The notes: generated by a model from the letters alone, not told the origin. Positions 13,877 through 28,006 are shown, numbered from the stretch's first letter. The stretch is 64,000 bases of DNA from Haliotis rubra (GCF_003918875.1 NW_025767390.1:682001-746000); one strand, 5' to 3'. A program made the numbers and translations.

Positions 13877-14040
13877 GTGAGTGAGTCAGTGAGTTGGTTT
13901 TTCTGCCGCTTGTAGCAATATTCCAGCAATATCACGGGGGGGGGGCACCAGAAATGGGCTTCAAATGTTGTACCCATTCGGGAATAGAATCCGGATCTTC
14001 GGCGTGATGAGCGAACGCTTTAACCACTAGGCTACCCCAC
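13877..14040 (-). mobile_element. SINE family A copy
   Basis: Sequence match. Confidence 0.85.
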
Positions 14041-14153
14041 CTGGGCTCACTCGCACAAAGCGATCTTAGCGCTACAATGATTGTAACTCCCATTCTCCTA
14101 CATAGACTTAAAATAGTCGTAGCGCTAAGATCGCTTTCTGCAAGTGGGCCCAG
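14041..14153. mobile_element. Palindromic MITE, GGGC..GCCC ends bounded by CWG (Harbinger-like); relatives at 15382-15493 and 49346-49622
   Basis: ~35-bp imperfect TIRs CTGGGCTCACTCGCACAAAGCGATCTTAGCGCTAC / GTAGCGCTAAGATCGCTTTCTGCAAGTGGGCCCAG. Confidence 0.7.
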
Positions 14154-14706
14154 GATTATTGCTAAAAGCGGCGTAAAGCCATACTCACTCACTCACTCAC
14201 TCATTGCATATCCTTGAGCATATAATACAATAAATAACACTTCTATGTGCGATACTCTTTCTTTTGTCAGGTTGTTTATATCATCGATTTATGTCATATT
14301 ATTGCGCATGTAATGCAATACATGACACTGCAGTGTGCTGTTCAACGTAATCTTGGCAGACATATCAACAATAATTTGATAAATGCAGCGGTGTTGAATC
14401 ATAGATAACTTTGATGATAAGATATCAAAGCATGGTATAGAGGTCAGAACAGCAAGGCCTGGCCAGCTCATGGTCAGCCGGTGTACGGAGCACGTTGAAT
14501 CGCTTTCTGGACCAATTGTACAGTGTCCTTGACCTTGACCCTAGGAGCTAACAGGAAGGAAGGACAAATTCTGCGAACACCTGGTATGTATGTGAATATT
14601 GTTACATGACCTCCGCCCAGTTTGTTGAAATATAATTAAACGTTATTGTTATAACACTCTTAATGTTATGGAATTCAATAAAAAATGAGCGCCTTTGAAT
14701 AGCTGA

Positions 14707-15029
14707 GTGGTTGGTTGGCTGGTTGGTTGGTTGGTTGGTTGGTAGTTGTTTAACGTCACACTCAACTATATTCCAGCTATATGTCGGCGGTCTGTAAATA
14801 ATCAGGACCAACAATCCAGTGATCAACATAATGAGCATCGATCTACGCAATTGGCACCTTTGTATAGAATTGAGGCTCCACCCGTGAAGATCCGGGTTAT
14901 TGATCTTCAGTAACCCATGCTTGTCGTTGATCCCTGGATTGTCTGGTCCAGACTCGATTATTTACAGACCGCCGCCATATAGCTGGAATATTGCTGAGTG
15001 CGGCATAAAACTAAACTCACTCACTCACT
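14707..15029. mobile_element. Two family B copies in opposite orientation (14707-14835 -, 14880-15029 +)
   Basis: Sequence match; second copy internally deleted. Confidence 0.8.
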
Positions 15030-16305
15030 AGTTCAAGCTCCGACCCAGTGTGTTTCGCTTTCGTTACTTTACGGTATCATCGCAGTCCCAAGGGCTATCT
15101 CTGTGAGGAGATTGCGAGGTTCGTCTGCAAAAGCGGACACGTAGACAGGCGTCCGTGAGTCCGCTTGATATGGCTGCAATGTCAAAAGCGATACCTTGCT
15201 GGTGTATCCCTTAGACGTACAAGAAAAAAACTGTCGTAGATCAGCATGTTCTTGTCAATCAAATATTCTTGTCAGATTGTAATTTCCAAACTGGACCCGC
15301 AGTTCATCAACGTTACGTCATTTACCTTTGATGAGCCGCTCCACCTCGAGATTATCATAAATTATCACATAAAGTAACATCCGGGGCCCCGTTTCACACA
15401 GCGATTGCACGCTAAGGTGATCGTAACTCCCATACTTTATCACACACTTACGACAGTCGTAGCGTTGCGATCGCTTTGTGAAACGGGCCCCTGAGCATGT
15501 ATTATCGTTGTGCGCATGCCACAATATATCAATGCGCGCTATAGAGCGGTCAATCACCAAGTTGAAAGGTCTACGTGTCACTGGAGTCTATTCTTCCCGT
15601 GACCTCTAAAACATTCTAAATCTACATTAAAGCTCATTACTCGAGTTTATGCAACTGTACCTCCTCACGGCATGGAGCGGGCTGACGAACGGCTGATGAA
15701 TCAGCAGATATGACTCAATGGAATGTCGTCTGCCTCGAGGCGAAGTGGCGGGAAAGTGTGGCAGTGACGGATCTGTATGGATCTTACCAGCTCGTTACGT
15801 GCTAACATTCGCAATGGATTGGTCCGAAAAATATTTCAAGCAATTATTGCTATCATTGGAAGTATGCTTGACATACCACATTATCGTACATCATTTGGGA
15901 AGTTGTTTTTCTGTTCTGAATTTTTTAAAAAGTCTGATTTCATTATTCCCACACTGTTACTGGTTCATAGGTTCTGCTTGTGCCCACATGCGGACCTGAT
16001 GGGGTTCTTTTTGCCCACCTACAGACCTGATGTGGTTCCTCTAGTCTGTCTCGCAGTCCCTGAACCACATTATTTCCCCAACTGCCTAGTCGTCCCTACT
16101 AAAGCCCTAAATGAAGCAAGTCTAGATTTCCTCAGGTTCAGGAATCTCTGGTCTCCCTGAGGCTCCTTTTCATTTCAAATGGGTTTGTTAGTTTGTTACA
16201 ATTAAAATTATATATATAGACTTCAAGCGTTAATTGGTTCCTTTTGCCTACATAAGCACTTTTGTGTTTGGGGGCATGAACGTACACTGTACCATGTCGA
16301 TTTAC

Positions 16306-16585
16306 AGCATCGTACGTATGAGTGGTATTAAAGTGGAGCATCGTACATGTGAGTGGTATTAAAGTGGAGCATCGTACGTGTGAGTGGTATTAAAGTGGAG
16401 CATCGTACATGTGAGTGGTATTAAAGTGGAGCATCGTACGTGTGAGTGGTATTAAAGTGGAGCATCGTACATGTGAATGGTATTAAAGTGGAGCATCGTA
16501 CATGTGAGTGGTATTAAAGTGGAGCATCGTACATGTGAGTGGTATTAAAGTGGAGCATCGTACGTGTGAGTGGTATTAAAGGGGA
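16306..16585. repeat. 31-bp minisatellite, 9 units
   Basis: GCATCGTACRTGTGAGTGGTATTAAAGTGGA. Confidence 0.95.
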
Positions 16586-17244
16586 GATTTGCCATTCCCT
16601 GATATGATCAACACGTCATTTCTCACATGAACTGCCAGACATGTCCGGAATGGAACTAGTGTCTTCCCGTGATGAACGAACCCTTTAACTACTGGATTAC
16701 CCCCATCGCTCCTGAATTCAGAAAGGGAACATCAGATTCAACAGTCAGTTGTGGTGACGAAACTTACAAACCATGCCTTTCCAAATGCAATACTCCCAAT
16801 TGAAACTACCGAGAAAAAGACTATATACACCAATGTATAATGTCAGCTAGTCTGGTATTAGTCTGTCTCACAGTCCCTAAACCACATCATTTTCCCTACT
16901 GCCTAGCTCTCCCTGCAATGTTAAGGCCCTAAATGAAGCAAGTCTAGATTTCCTCAGGTTCAGGAATCTCTGGTCTCCCTTGGGCTCCTTTTCAGTTTAA
17001 ATGGGCTTGTTTGTTATTATCAAAATTATATATGTTCAGAGACTAAGCGTTAGTCTAAGTGTAGTTCTGTTCTCTCGTATGCCCGTGTTGTATGCTTAAC
17101 GTGGAGGAAAGCCCGAAGTGTTTCAGTTCCTTGGCATTTAAATTATATATATTAAGGTACTAAGCGTTAGTCTAGATACCAGCAGGAAATTAAACGAACA
17201 AGAAATGGTTAGTTGTTGGTTTAGGAATTTGTCCTTACGTTTCC

Positions 17245-17430
17245 AGTGAGTGAGTTGCGTTTTACACCGCTTATAGCAATATCACGGCGGGGGACACAAG
17301 AAATGGGCGTTCGCTCGTCATGCAGAAGACCCGGGTTCCATACTTAAGTACTTTGTGTGGAGCCTATTTCTGGTATCTCCTGGATATTGCTGGAATATTG
17401 CTAAAGGCGGCGTAAAACCATACTCATTCA
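17245..17430. mobile_element. Head-to-head fused SINE A fragments
   Basis: Minus-strand tail joined to a plus-strand body. Confidence 0.7.
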
Positions 17431-17935
17431 AATCTATGTCAGCAAACCAGTATCTGACAGTATAAGCAACGAATGATTATCGTCACAGACTACACCAAGT
17501 GATTTGACAGCTATACAGTTCCACAGATGAACCACTTAATAACACGTATTACATTTATTTCAGGTTAATATACTGAAATACAAAAGAAAGTACACACCTG
17601 GTGTTTTGGGATTATTTGAAATGTCTTGTGATTTTGACTGACAACTTCGCAATTGGGCATGATATCTGTGGTGTTTTGGCAACATATTAGGAAAGCCTGT
17701 GACTTACATATCACTGTAAAAACTCTTTTCAAAACATTAACGTCGCTTTTTGGAAAGTAATCCAAAAGCACAAGGTGTGTACTTTCTTTTGTACGTCAAT
17801 TTATATGGGATTTCAATACATGTTTAAACTGATATCTCGTTTTTAACTGATTTCGGTACATCCGACGTTAGGGTACATCAATATATAGTAACTGATGAGT
17901 GTGTTTATATGGCGCTATCTTCTAAATACAAGGTG

Positions 17936-18268
17936 CGTCCGCCCGGGGAGCGGAAGGTCGCGGGTTCGATCCCCGACCGCGTCATACCAAAAGACGTTAA
18001 AATATGGTACTTGTTGGTCCCTGCCTGGCGCTCGGCATTAATGGGTACAACAAGGACTGGTCGGCTCGGAGTCAGTATAATGTGTCTGAGTGGGGTATTC
18101 ATGCTTCACTGCGGCATGGTATCTCAGTGGGCTAGCACTATAAAACCAGCTTAAGTCTAGGCTAGTACAAGCAGCCGCACATACACATACACACGCATGC
18201 ACGTCGTCATATGAGCGAAATATTCTCAACCACGACGTTAAACCCAATTTCACCTCACCTCACCTCAC
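17936..18268 (+). mobile_element. tRNA-derived SINE family C ((CACCT)n tail; central block resembles Meta/MESC-type molluscan SINE domain, from memory)
   Basis: B box GGTTCGATCCC; 14-bp TSD CTAAATACAAGGTG. Confidence 0.88.
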
Positions 18269-19004
18269 CTAAATACAAGGTGTATGCTCAAAGCTATTAC
18301 CCCGATCAATAGATCAGTGTATACCTAACAGTCACCCATCTCATCCCACAGGGTACCCATTCAATGATGGCGAACAGAGGCATATTACGTATAAAGTCAA
18401 TAGCCTAAGGTGAAACCACATGTGTTAGAGGTGCTTCGTTGTGGGGCAGGTCTGAAGTCTTAGAAGCTCTCAGAAGTCAAAACACACCCAAGAAAGGAAT
18501 CTCCGCGACCAACTTTGATTGATATGAACTTATTTATGACGTGTAATTTGCACATGTAATCAAATCGCTGGTGCTTTGAGTATAGTCCCTACAGAGAGGA
18601 GTAGGCATTTCTCTTGACCTAGATAACAATGACCGGTACATTGAACGTCCCCCAGCGTTAAATATTGAGGGCTAGTGTCATTTGTCATTTTTGTAAGCAC
18701 TCAATCAAAATCAACATAAGACTTGATACAGATCTACAGCAGAGCCAATAAAGAATATAGTTTTATCCCTACGCCTGAGGTACAATGATTATGAAAATGA
18801 TTTACTGCCACAGAATAATTGTAATCCGAAGTTTTTCCGAGTCGGTTGCTGTCTGAGGAGGAATTTCATCATCTTCGACTGTCCGGGGAAACATGTCGCC
18901 ATTTTGTATAACAGTGAGTGAGTTAAGTTTTACGCCGCTTTTAGCAATATTCCAGCAATATCACGGCGGTGGACATCAGACATAAGCTCTGGGTCTTCGG
19001 GGTT

Positions 19005-19366
19005 GGGGGTAAGGGTGTAACGTAGTGGTTAAAGCGTTCGCTTGTGTCGCCGCTCGTCACGCCTGGTTTGATTCCCCACATGGGTACAATTAGTCTGTCT
19101 CACAGTCCCTGAACCACATTAATTTCCGTACTGCCAAGCCCTAAATAAAGCAATTCTAGATTTCCTCAGGTTCAGGTTCTGAATCTCTGGTCTCCCTAGG
19201 GCTCCTTTTCAATATAAATGGGCTTGTTTGTTACTATCAAAATTATATATATTCAGAGACTAAGCCTTAGTCTAGGGTACAATGTGTGAAGCTCATTTCT
19301 GGTGTCCCCGGCCGTGATATTGTTTGAATATTGTTAAAAACGGCGTAAAACTAAGCCCACTCACTC
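19005..19366 (+). mobile_element. SINE family A interrupted by a 184-bp DNA element
   Basis: GGGTACAAT duplicated at 19082-19090 and 19275-19283. Confidence 0.8.
19091..19274. mobile_element. Non-autonomous DNA element, TAG..CTA termini, 9-bp TSD (Academ/AcademH-like); relatives at 5844-6030, 6048-6569, 8189-8845, 16041-16230, 16848-17057, 32932-33130, 39144-39340
   Basis: Perfect TSD GGGTACAAT here; 7/9 TSDs at the 5844 and 39144 copies; shared internal GCAAGTCTAGATTTCCTCAGG block. Confidence 0.7.
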
Positions 19367-21754
19367 TCTCACAATAGAATGACGATATAATATGACAATA
19401 GATCACCGATCCTTTATCCAGTAGATTGTCCACAGCTTGGACAAGTGCTTCGAACAAGATTTCGATTCCAAAGTGTCGTCAACAGTCAGTCAGTTTCAGT
19501 ATTCATTTCCCAAAATCAGGAAATATATTATCGTCGACTCACGAAATGTCCAGTAGATTAGCTGATAACAGAAACAGTCCATTGAGACGTTACAGAGAAT
19601 AGAGTAGAATAGAATAGCTTTTGATTGATTTCCTACTGCTTTTATTGATCTCTGGACAAAACCACGCCCGAGTGTTATTGATGTCCAGCCCAAACAACGC
19701 CATGTCCACTTCGTGAACGGACGACACGCTAACATAATTTCATTCATACAATGAATCTGTGATTGTAGAAAAACAATATTATGAAAAGCTATTTATCGAT
19801 CATTGGTTCATAGTGATATTGCTGTAAATAAACCAAACATTTATCACAAAACGTAAGAGTGTTATAAACCCAGTATATGACCGTAACATGATATCTGTAT
19901 AAACCGTAATTATCAATTGATAAGAATCCTCCGGTGTTAAAACGTAAAATTATTATTTGATTGATATAGTGAAATCAAAACCTCACAAAAACATATTAAT
20001 CATCAGCTGGGGTAATATTCAGGAATTATTTTCAGCTTCATCAACATCAGCTTGTGGAAGGTGCATAAAAATCGTTTTCTTTTAATTTTATGTAACGCAT
20101 ATTACCGTCCCCTGTTCGGAGCGCGACAACTGACGGATGAGATGAAATATACAATGATGGCCCCATTCAAATTCAAATTTAATGCGTGCACTAGCTTCTT
20201 GTGCAATGACGTCGGGCAATAAGCATTGTATTGGATGCCGTTCGTATCAGCCAGTTCATAGAAATGGAGGGTTTCCGGTGGGCTTTGTGAGACTCCCTTA
20301 TTACGGGCCCACATGGCCCCCAGCTGAATAAGTACATCGCCTATAGCATGTACATTGCTAGAAATAAACATCGCGTCCCGGCGTTTAACACTGAACGGGA
20401 GGTGGCGGTGAGGTGTCGATTTCAGTTCAGGCGTTGTAAATGAGATTTGAAATAATTACGATTGATTATAGGTGTATGGTGGCACTGGGAGCTGGGTGGG
20501 CTCGGATCGATTGACAGTTCTGGAAAGTTTGTTTCGGGTCGTAAATGTCCTGCACAATCTTTAATTCAGAATAATATGGTCTCGACTAATTCACGTTAAT
20601 GATTTTACAACACTGGTTCGCGTAGCCAGACTTCCTAATTGAACTGGGATATTTCTGGTATACCGACTGCGGCGTGAAACAACAACAGCTACAGCAACGT
20701 GGTACAGAGCGGCTTCATCATGGCATCTGCATTCGAAAACAGCATATAAACATCGATACAAATGGATCAATATATCATAAATTATGTAGTGATTAAGCCA
20801 AGGCTGTTCGATGGGACTTAAACTGTTAAGCAACACTATGTGAAATATTACAACTTTTGACTCATTATTGAATGATCTATTGAATAAATGATTGTTAAAC
20901 ATAATCTGACTATAATTAAACAACAAAACTTGATACAGAGGAGGTGGGGGACGGAATGGTCGGAGGGGTGGAGGGTGATGGTGTGAGGGGTTGTGGGGTG
21001 GGATAGTAACGGCTGTTATCTCAAGGTAGTAACAAAATGGGTTTTTATTTTCGTCACGGAAACAGCCACACAATCAACCAATGTTGTCAGTAAATCACCA
21101 GACATATACACTTTCCTGAACATTCCTTTCGGCGTTCCCAATGACATCGCATCGTTATGTGTCTACACCACTCTTGGTGAGTGTTCTCCAAAGAGTTTGA
21201 AACTTGCAATCTTGCCTCTGGATGTTGTCGACTTGTGGCAACATGGCGTGGTTTCGAGACTCTTAACAGATTGCAAAGGGGCGTTAAGCAAGTCTAGGAG
21301 TGTTACCAGCCAGGCCTGAGCATGGCAAGTCGCCGAGCTCTGTCAACAGATATAATACTGCGTTCAAACACAAAACGCGCGCCAATGCCGAGTTCTTGGT
21401 ATCACGTGACCAGCTTCTCTTGTGTGCTTCCGTTAGACGTGCGTTAAAGGCACACTCCGACATAAACATAAACGTCAGAATTGAGGGTGTTCTTGAGAAT
21501 TAGATATCCGTCAGTTCCAAATACATGTTCAGGGTGTCAAATAAGCTCAATGAATTTCAGAGCTTCAAATAATCAATAACTCACACGAGTGTAGAGAACA
21601 CGCGTATAATGGTCATGGACATTGTAAAAGCAAAACGTTAGCGGCAATTTTCTTTCGCACTAGATTTCTGCGCGTACTCAAACATTTGTGAAACATATAT
21701 GACGTCATGCTGGAATACTATGGCTTCATGATACAATGAGATTCATAACATGAA

Positions 21755-24700
21755 CTATGTATTCACTCGGTCATGAACATTCATATTCCACACGATGTAT
21801 TCACTGGGTTGGAAACATGCATATCCAACACCATGTATTCACTACAGTTCATGGCCAGAAATATCCCACACCATGTATTCACTTGGTCTTGAACACACAT
21901 ATCCGACACCATGTATTCACTAGATCACGAACATATATATCCCACGCCATGTATTCACTAGATCTTGAACATACATACCCCACGCCATGTATTCACTAGA
22001 TCATGAACATATTACATACCCCACGCCATGTATTCACTAGATCATGAACATATTACATATCCCACGCCATGTATTCACTAGATCTTGAACATACATATCC
22101 CACGTCATGTATTCACTAGCTCATGAACATATTACATATCCCACGCCATGTATTCACTAGATCTTGAACATACATACCCCACGCCATGTATTCACTAGAT
22201 CATGAACATATTACATATCTCACGCCATCTATTCACTAGATCTTGAACATACATATCCCACGCCATGTATTCACTAGATCTTGAACATATTACATATCCC
22301 ACGCCATGTATTCACTAGATCTTGAACATACATACCCCACGCCATGTATTCACTAGATCTTGAACATATTACATATCCCACGCCATGTATTCACTAGATC
22401 TTGAACATACATATCCCACGCCATGTATTCACTAGATCATGAACATATTACATATCCAACGCCATGTATTCACTAGATCTTGAACATACATATCCCACGT
22501 CATGTATTCACTAGCTCATGAACATATTACATATCCCACACCATGAATTCACTAGATCAAGAACATACATATCCCACGCCATGAATTCACTAGATCTTGA
22601 ACACACATATCCATCACCATGAATTCACTAGATCAAGAACATACATATCCCACACCATGAATTCACTAGATCTTGAACACACATATCCGACACCATGTAT
22701 TCACTAGGTCAAGAACATATATATCCCACGCCATGTATTCACTAGATCATGAACATACATACCCCACGCCATGTATTCACTAGATCATGAACATATTACA
22801 TACCCCACGCCATGTATTCACTAGATCATGAACATATTACATATCCCACGCCATGTATTCACTAGATCTTGAACATATATATCCGACACCATGTATTCAC
22901 TAGATCTTGAACATATTACATATCCCACGCCATGAATTCACTAGATCTTGAACATACATACCCCACGCCATGTATTCACTAGATCTTGAACATACATAGC
23001 CCACGCCATGAATTTACTAGATCTTGAACATACATACCCCACGCCGTGTATTCACTAGATCATGAACATATTACATATCCCACGCCATGTATTCACTAGA
23101 TCTTGAACATACATACCCCACGCCATGTATTCACTAGATCATGAACATATTACATATCCCACGCCATGTATTCACTAGATCTTGAACATACATATCCCAC
23201 GTCATGTATTCACTAGCTCATGAACATATTACATATCCCACACTATGTATTCACTAGATCTTGAACATATTACATATCCCACGCCATGAATTTACTAGAT
23301 CTTGAACATACATATCCCACACCATGAATTCACTAGATCAAGAACATACATATCCCACGCCATGAATTCACTAGATCTTGAACACACATATCCCACACCA
23401 TGAATTCACTAGATCAAGAACATACATATCCCACGCCATGAATTCACTAGATCTTGAACACACATATCCCACACCATGTATTCACTAGATCAAGAACATA
23501 CATATCCCACGCCATGAATTCACTAGATCTTGAACATATATATCCGACACCATGTATTCACTAGATCTTGAACATATTACATATCCCACGCCATGAATTC
23601 ACTAGATCTTGAACATACATAGCCCACGCCATGTATTCACTAGATCTTGAACATACATAGCCCACGCCATGAATTTACTAGATCTTGAACATACATAGCC
23701 CACGCCATGTATTCACTAGATCTTGAACATACATACCCCACGCCATGAATTTACTAGATCTTGAACATACATACCCCACGCCATGTATTCACTAGATCTT
23801 GAACATACATAGCCCACGCCATGAATTCACTAGATCTTGAACATACATAGCCCACGCCATGTATTCACTAGATCTTGAACATACATAGCCCACGCCATGA
23901 ATTTACTAGATCTTGAACATACATACCCCACGCCATGTAGTCACTAGATCTTGAACATACATAGCCCACGCCATGAATTTACTAGATCTTGAACATACAT
24001 AGCCCACGCCATGAATTTACTAGATCTTGAACATACATACCCCACGCCATGTATTCACTAGATCTTGAACATACATAGCCCACGCCATGAATTTACTAGA
24101 TCTTGAACATACATAGCCCACGCCATGAATTTACTAGATCTTGAACATACATACCCCACGCCATGTATTCACTAGATCTTGAACATACATAGCCCACGCC
24201 ATGTATTCACTAGATCTTGAACATATTACATATCCCTTGACGCCATAGCCCACGCCATTCATTAGATCTTGAACATACATAGCCCACGCCATGAATTTAC
24301 TAGATCTTGAACATACATAGCCCACGCCATGTATTCACTAGATCTTGAACATATTACATATCCCACGCCATGAATTCACTAGATCTTGAACATACATAGC
24401 CCACGCCATGAATTTACTATAGCCCCCCACGCCATGTATTCACTAGATCTTGAACATATTACATATCCACTAGATCTTGAACATATGAATTCACGCCATG
24501 AATTCACTAGATCTTGAACATACATAGCCCACGCCATGAATTTACTAGATCTTGAACATACATACCCCACGCCATGTATTCACTAGATCTTGAACATACA
24601 TAGCCCACGCCATGTATTCACTAGGTCAAGAACATACATATTCCACTCCATGTATTCACTAGCTCATGAACATATTACTTATCCCACGCCATGTATTCAC

Positions 24701-25000
24701 TGTAGATCATGGACAAACATCTCCCACATCATGTATTCACTAGGTAATGAACATATATATCCCACGCCATGTATTCAGTAGCTCATGAACATATTACACA
24801 TCCCACATCATGTATTCACTGTAGATCATGGACAAACATATCCCACATCATGTATTCACTAGGTAATGAACATACATATTCCACACCATGTATTCACTAG
24901 ATCAAGAACAAACATCTCCCACATCATGTATTCACTAGGTAATGAACATATATATCCCACGCCATGTATTCACAAGGTCATCAGCCCACATATCCCAAAC
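21755..25000. repeat. 38/41-bp minisatellite, ~80 units
   Basis: GATCTTGAACATA(TTA)CATAYCCCACGCCATGTATTCACTA. Confidence 0.97.
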
Positions 25001-26691
25001 CACGAATATACACATTCCTCATATTGAATTCCAAATGTGTTCAGACAAATACTGTGAATGGTGGGTGCTACCAGTAGGGCAGGTTATGTTTGAACCATGG
25101 AAAGGCCTGGTATCATCTCTGATTTTACTGATCCATTCATAAAAAATTTCAACAACAAAACGGAATTTGTTTATGAGAATATTCAGTATTCATTTACTCT
25201 AACGTTCTGTTCATTAACTAGGCCAAAATAAATACCACATTTTGTGTTGAGACCACCTCAAAAGATTCCTTCAAAGGCCATGTGATGTGTAGATTCATTC
25301 ATTCGTTCTAGTGGCATAAAGGCACCAATATCTCCTGATATAGGGCAAGTCAACACACACCAACGTCCTTGCAACGGCCTCCTCACACTAACTGCCTGTG
25401 CGACATCCCCATTCATACTTCATATACATGTACGGTATGGACAGATATCATAAGTGATTGAATCTTGAACACATGCAGACTCTTATATGTGAGTCAATAT
25501 TCAAGCAGGACTCCATTCTTTTAGGAATATTAATTTATATTGGTAAATATATTTAAACTATAATCGTAGGGTGCCAAAAATCAAGAGAAAATTTGGATTA
25601 TATCGGGGCTTCAAAAATACATTAAGATCTCTTCTCAGATCAATTTATTTTGAAGGGGTATCTCATTTCCAAAATAGTTTAAATCGACGTTACCGTGACC
25701 GTATTGTAGACGTTGATGTTGACGTTGAGTCTGGGTATGAATGTCAGGTTCGACTTGAATATGTAGTTGTAATATATCATTTCTGAAGATAACAACATGA
25801 CACGAACATTAAAGCGTCATTTAGGGATTGTGATAGCGTTTGATATCCCAAATAGAAAACACAAATTTAGATTTGGCTGCAGTGCGCTTTTTAGAGTTTT
25901 CTTTATGCCAGTTCTTCAATTCGGATTACCATTGTGATTGTATATTAGCATTTCAAAGCTGAAAAATAATATTCTAACCACTGGGAGCTCAGAACGGTTC
26001 AACTATACAGGTGATATCGACCCTGCGATATACGTAAATATTTAGTTTCAACACTCCTACATCCCTAAATGTATTTGAAAATATTAAGAACAAACATTGA
26101 CACAAACAAAACCAATAACGTAATCGATACGAAGCTAATTTCTTTAAGTGGTATATAACAATTTCAGTTTCTGTATCCTCTTCCTACGCTCTTCTCTTCA
26201 ACGCGGATATCAACGTCAATAAAGTATCCATTGTGGGCGAGCCTGCTCGACTGCAGTAGGCATGGAGGTTGTTGGGCGGGAGTCGCTGATTCATGTGGTT
26301 CGGATAACCAACGGTAGAGGGAGCTTTGCCAAGTCACGGATTTCCTCGGAAGTGATTCAGATGTTGCATCAGACGGAAGGTTCTGGTCGTGCTGAAATAC
26401 AAAGCACCTCCTCATCACGGCCATGTTGCAGGCAATCGTGACTTTCTCGCAACGTTTCCAATTTCGTTCATGTTACGATTTGCTTCCTAATATAAGCGGA
26501 TGAAGGAGTGAATTTGCTTTTGCACCGTTTACGATATTTATGTGTAAGTGAGAGACTATGATAGCGAACGGATCCAGGATAGTTATTGGAACAGACTATA
26601 GATATAACATCTACGTCCTGGTGTTTAATGATGGGATTTATAGTATCTATTATATATCCATACGATACATAATGATGAAGGAATATACAAA

Positions 26692-26693
<2 letters not shown>

Positions 26694-26756
<63 letters not shown>

Positions 26757-26772
26757 ACGCACACGCACACAC
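26694..26772. repeat. (CA)n/(CACACG)n microsatellite
   Basis: Direct reading. Confidence 0.95.
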
Positions 26773-26818
26773 ATACCCACATACATATATATTCGACTAT
26801 GGTCCAGACTATCCAGTA

Positions 26819-26984
26819 CTGACTGACTGAGTTTATTTTTACGCCGCTTTTAGCAATATTCCAGCAATATCACGGCGGGAGACACCAGAAATAGGCTTCA
26901 CACATTGTGCCCATGTGGGGAATCGAACCCGGGTCTTCGGCGTGACGAGCCAACGCTTTAACCACTAGGCTACCCCACCGCCCC
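26819..26984 (-). mobile_element. SINE family A, full-length
   Basis: 12-bp TSD GACTATCCAGTA. Confidence 0.92.
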
Positions 26985-27056
26985 GACTATCCAGTAAATG
27001 ACATCATGAGCATCAGAGCCAAAACACTCGGAGCAGATTCTGAGCAGCATGTCAGA

Positions 27057-27306
27057 GTGAGTGAGTGAGTGGATTTAGTTTTACGCCACACTCAGCAATA
27101 TCCCCGCTATATGGCGGCTGTCTGTAAATAATCGAGTCTGGACCAGACAATCCAGTGATCAACAACACGAGCATCGATCTGCGCAATTGGGAACCGATGA
27201 CATATGTCACCCAAGTCAGCGAGCCTGATCACCCGATCATGTTAGTCGCCTCTTACGACAAGCATGGGTTACTGAAGATCAATTCTAACCTGGATCTTCA
27301 CGGGCC
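27057..27306 (-). mobile_element. Family B copy
   Basis: TSD GCAGCATGTYAGA. Confidence 0.9.
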
Positions 27307-27452
27307 GCAGCATGTTAGAAACCTATCTTGCTAAATGCAGAAAACGAGTTGCGGGGACTGTAATAAGCAATAAAAACCTATCTCTACCGTTATAAATGTC
27401 ATCTACCTGTATTGACTATCATTTTCGCTCAGATTCACTAAGTCCTAGGAAA

Positions 27453-27606
27453 CACAGGGGCGTGTCACGCTTAGAAACAGCGTTAGAAAGACATATAGGT
27501 ATATAGACCCTACCCTAGAAAGAAGGCCTTCTATATAGTACTAGTGTAGGGTCTATGTACCTATATGTCTTTCTAACGCTGTTTCTAAGCGTGACACGAC
27601 CCTGTG
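27453..27606. mobile_element. 154-bp foldback MITE with 8-bp TSD (CACAG..CTGTG; P-like?)
   Basis: ~61-bp near-perfect TIRs; TSD CTAGGAAA at 27445-27452 and 27607-27614. Confidence 0.85.
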
Positions 27607-27856
27607 CTAGGAAACACATGGTTATCACTTATGTGGATCGGATGGGTACAATGACATCTTTTCACGATTTCAAATACTGACACTGCTTGCATATTTTGCT
27701 ATTGTGATGATGGTAACTATTGTAGACTGCGGCATTACACAACATACATTCACTCTATCCAACGCAGAAGTCACTCCAACCACTCCCCCGTAATTAAGTA
27801 TTCAAGGAGACTTTATTGGCTGTTGATGTTAAACGTCGTCATCTACGGCACTCATT

Positions 27857-28006
27857 GAGTGAGTGACTTTAGTTTTACGTCGCTTTTAGCAATACTCCAG
27901 CAAAATCACGGCGGGGGACACCAGAAATATGCTTCACACATTGTACTCATGTGGGGAATCGAACCCAGGTCTTCGGCGTGACGAGCGAACACCTTAACCA
28001 CTGGGC
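27857..28006 (-). mobile_element. SINE family A copy
   Basis: Sequence match. Confidence 0.85.

Noticed and set aside
17905-18253. Repeated small ORFs (also 33209-33424, 53450-53899) suggesting a gene family
   Set aside because: They are copies of SINE family C.
21755-25000. CRISPR-like array (38-bp periodicity)
   Set aside because: Units are contiguous with no unique spacers, there are no cas genes and the context is eukaryotic. The same applies to the 22-, 31- and 32-bp arrays.
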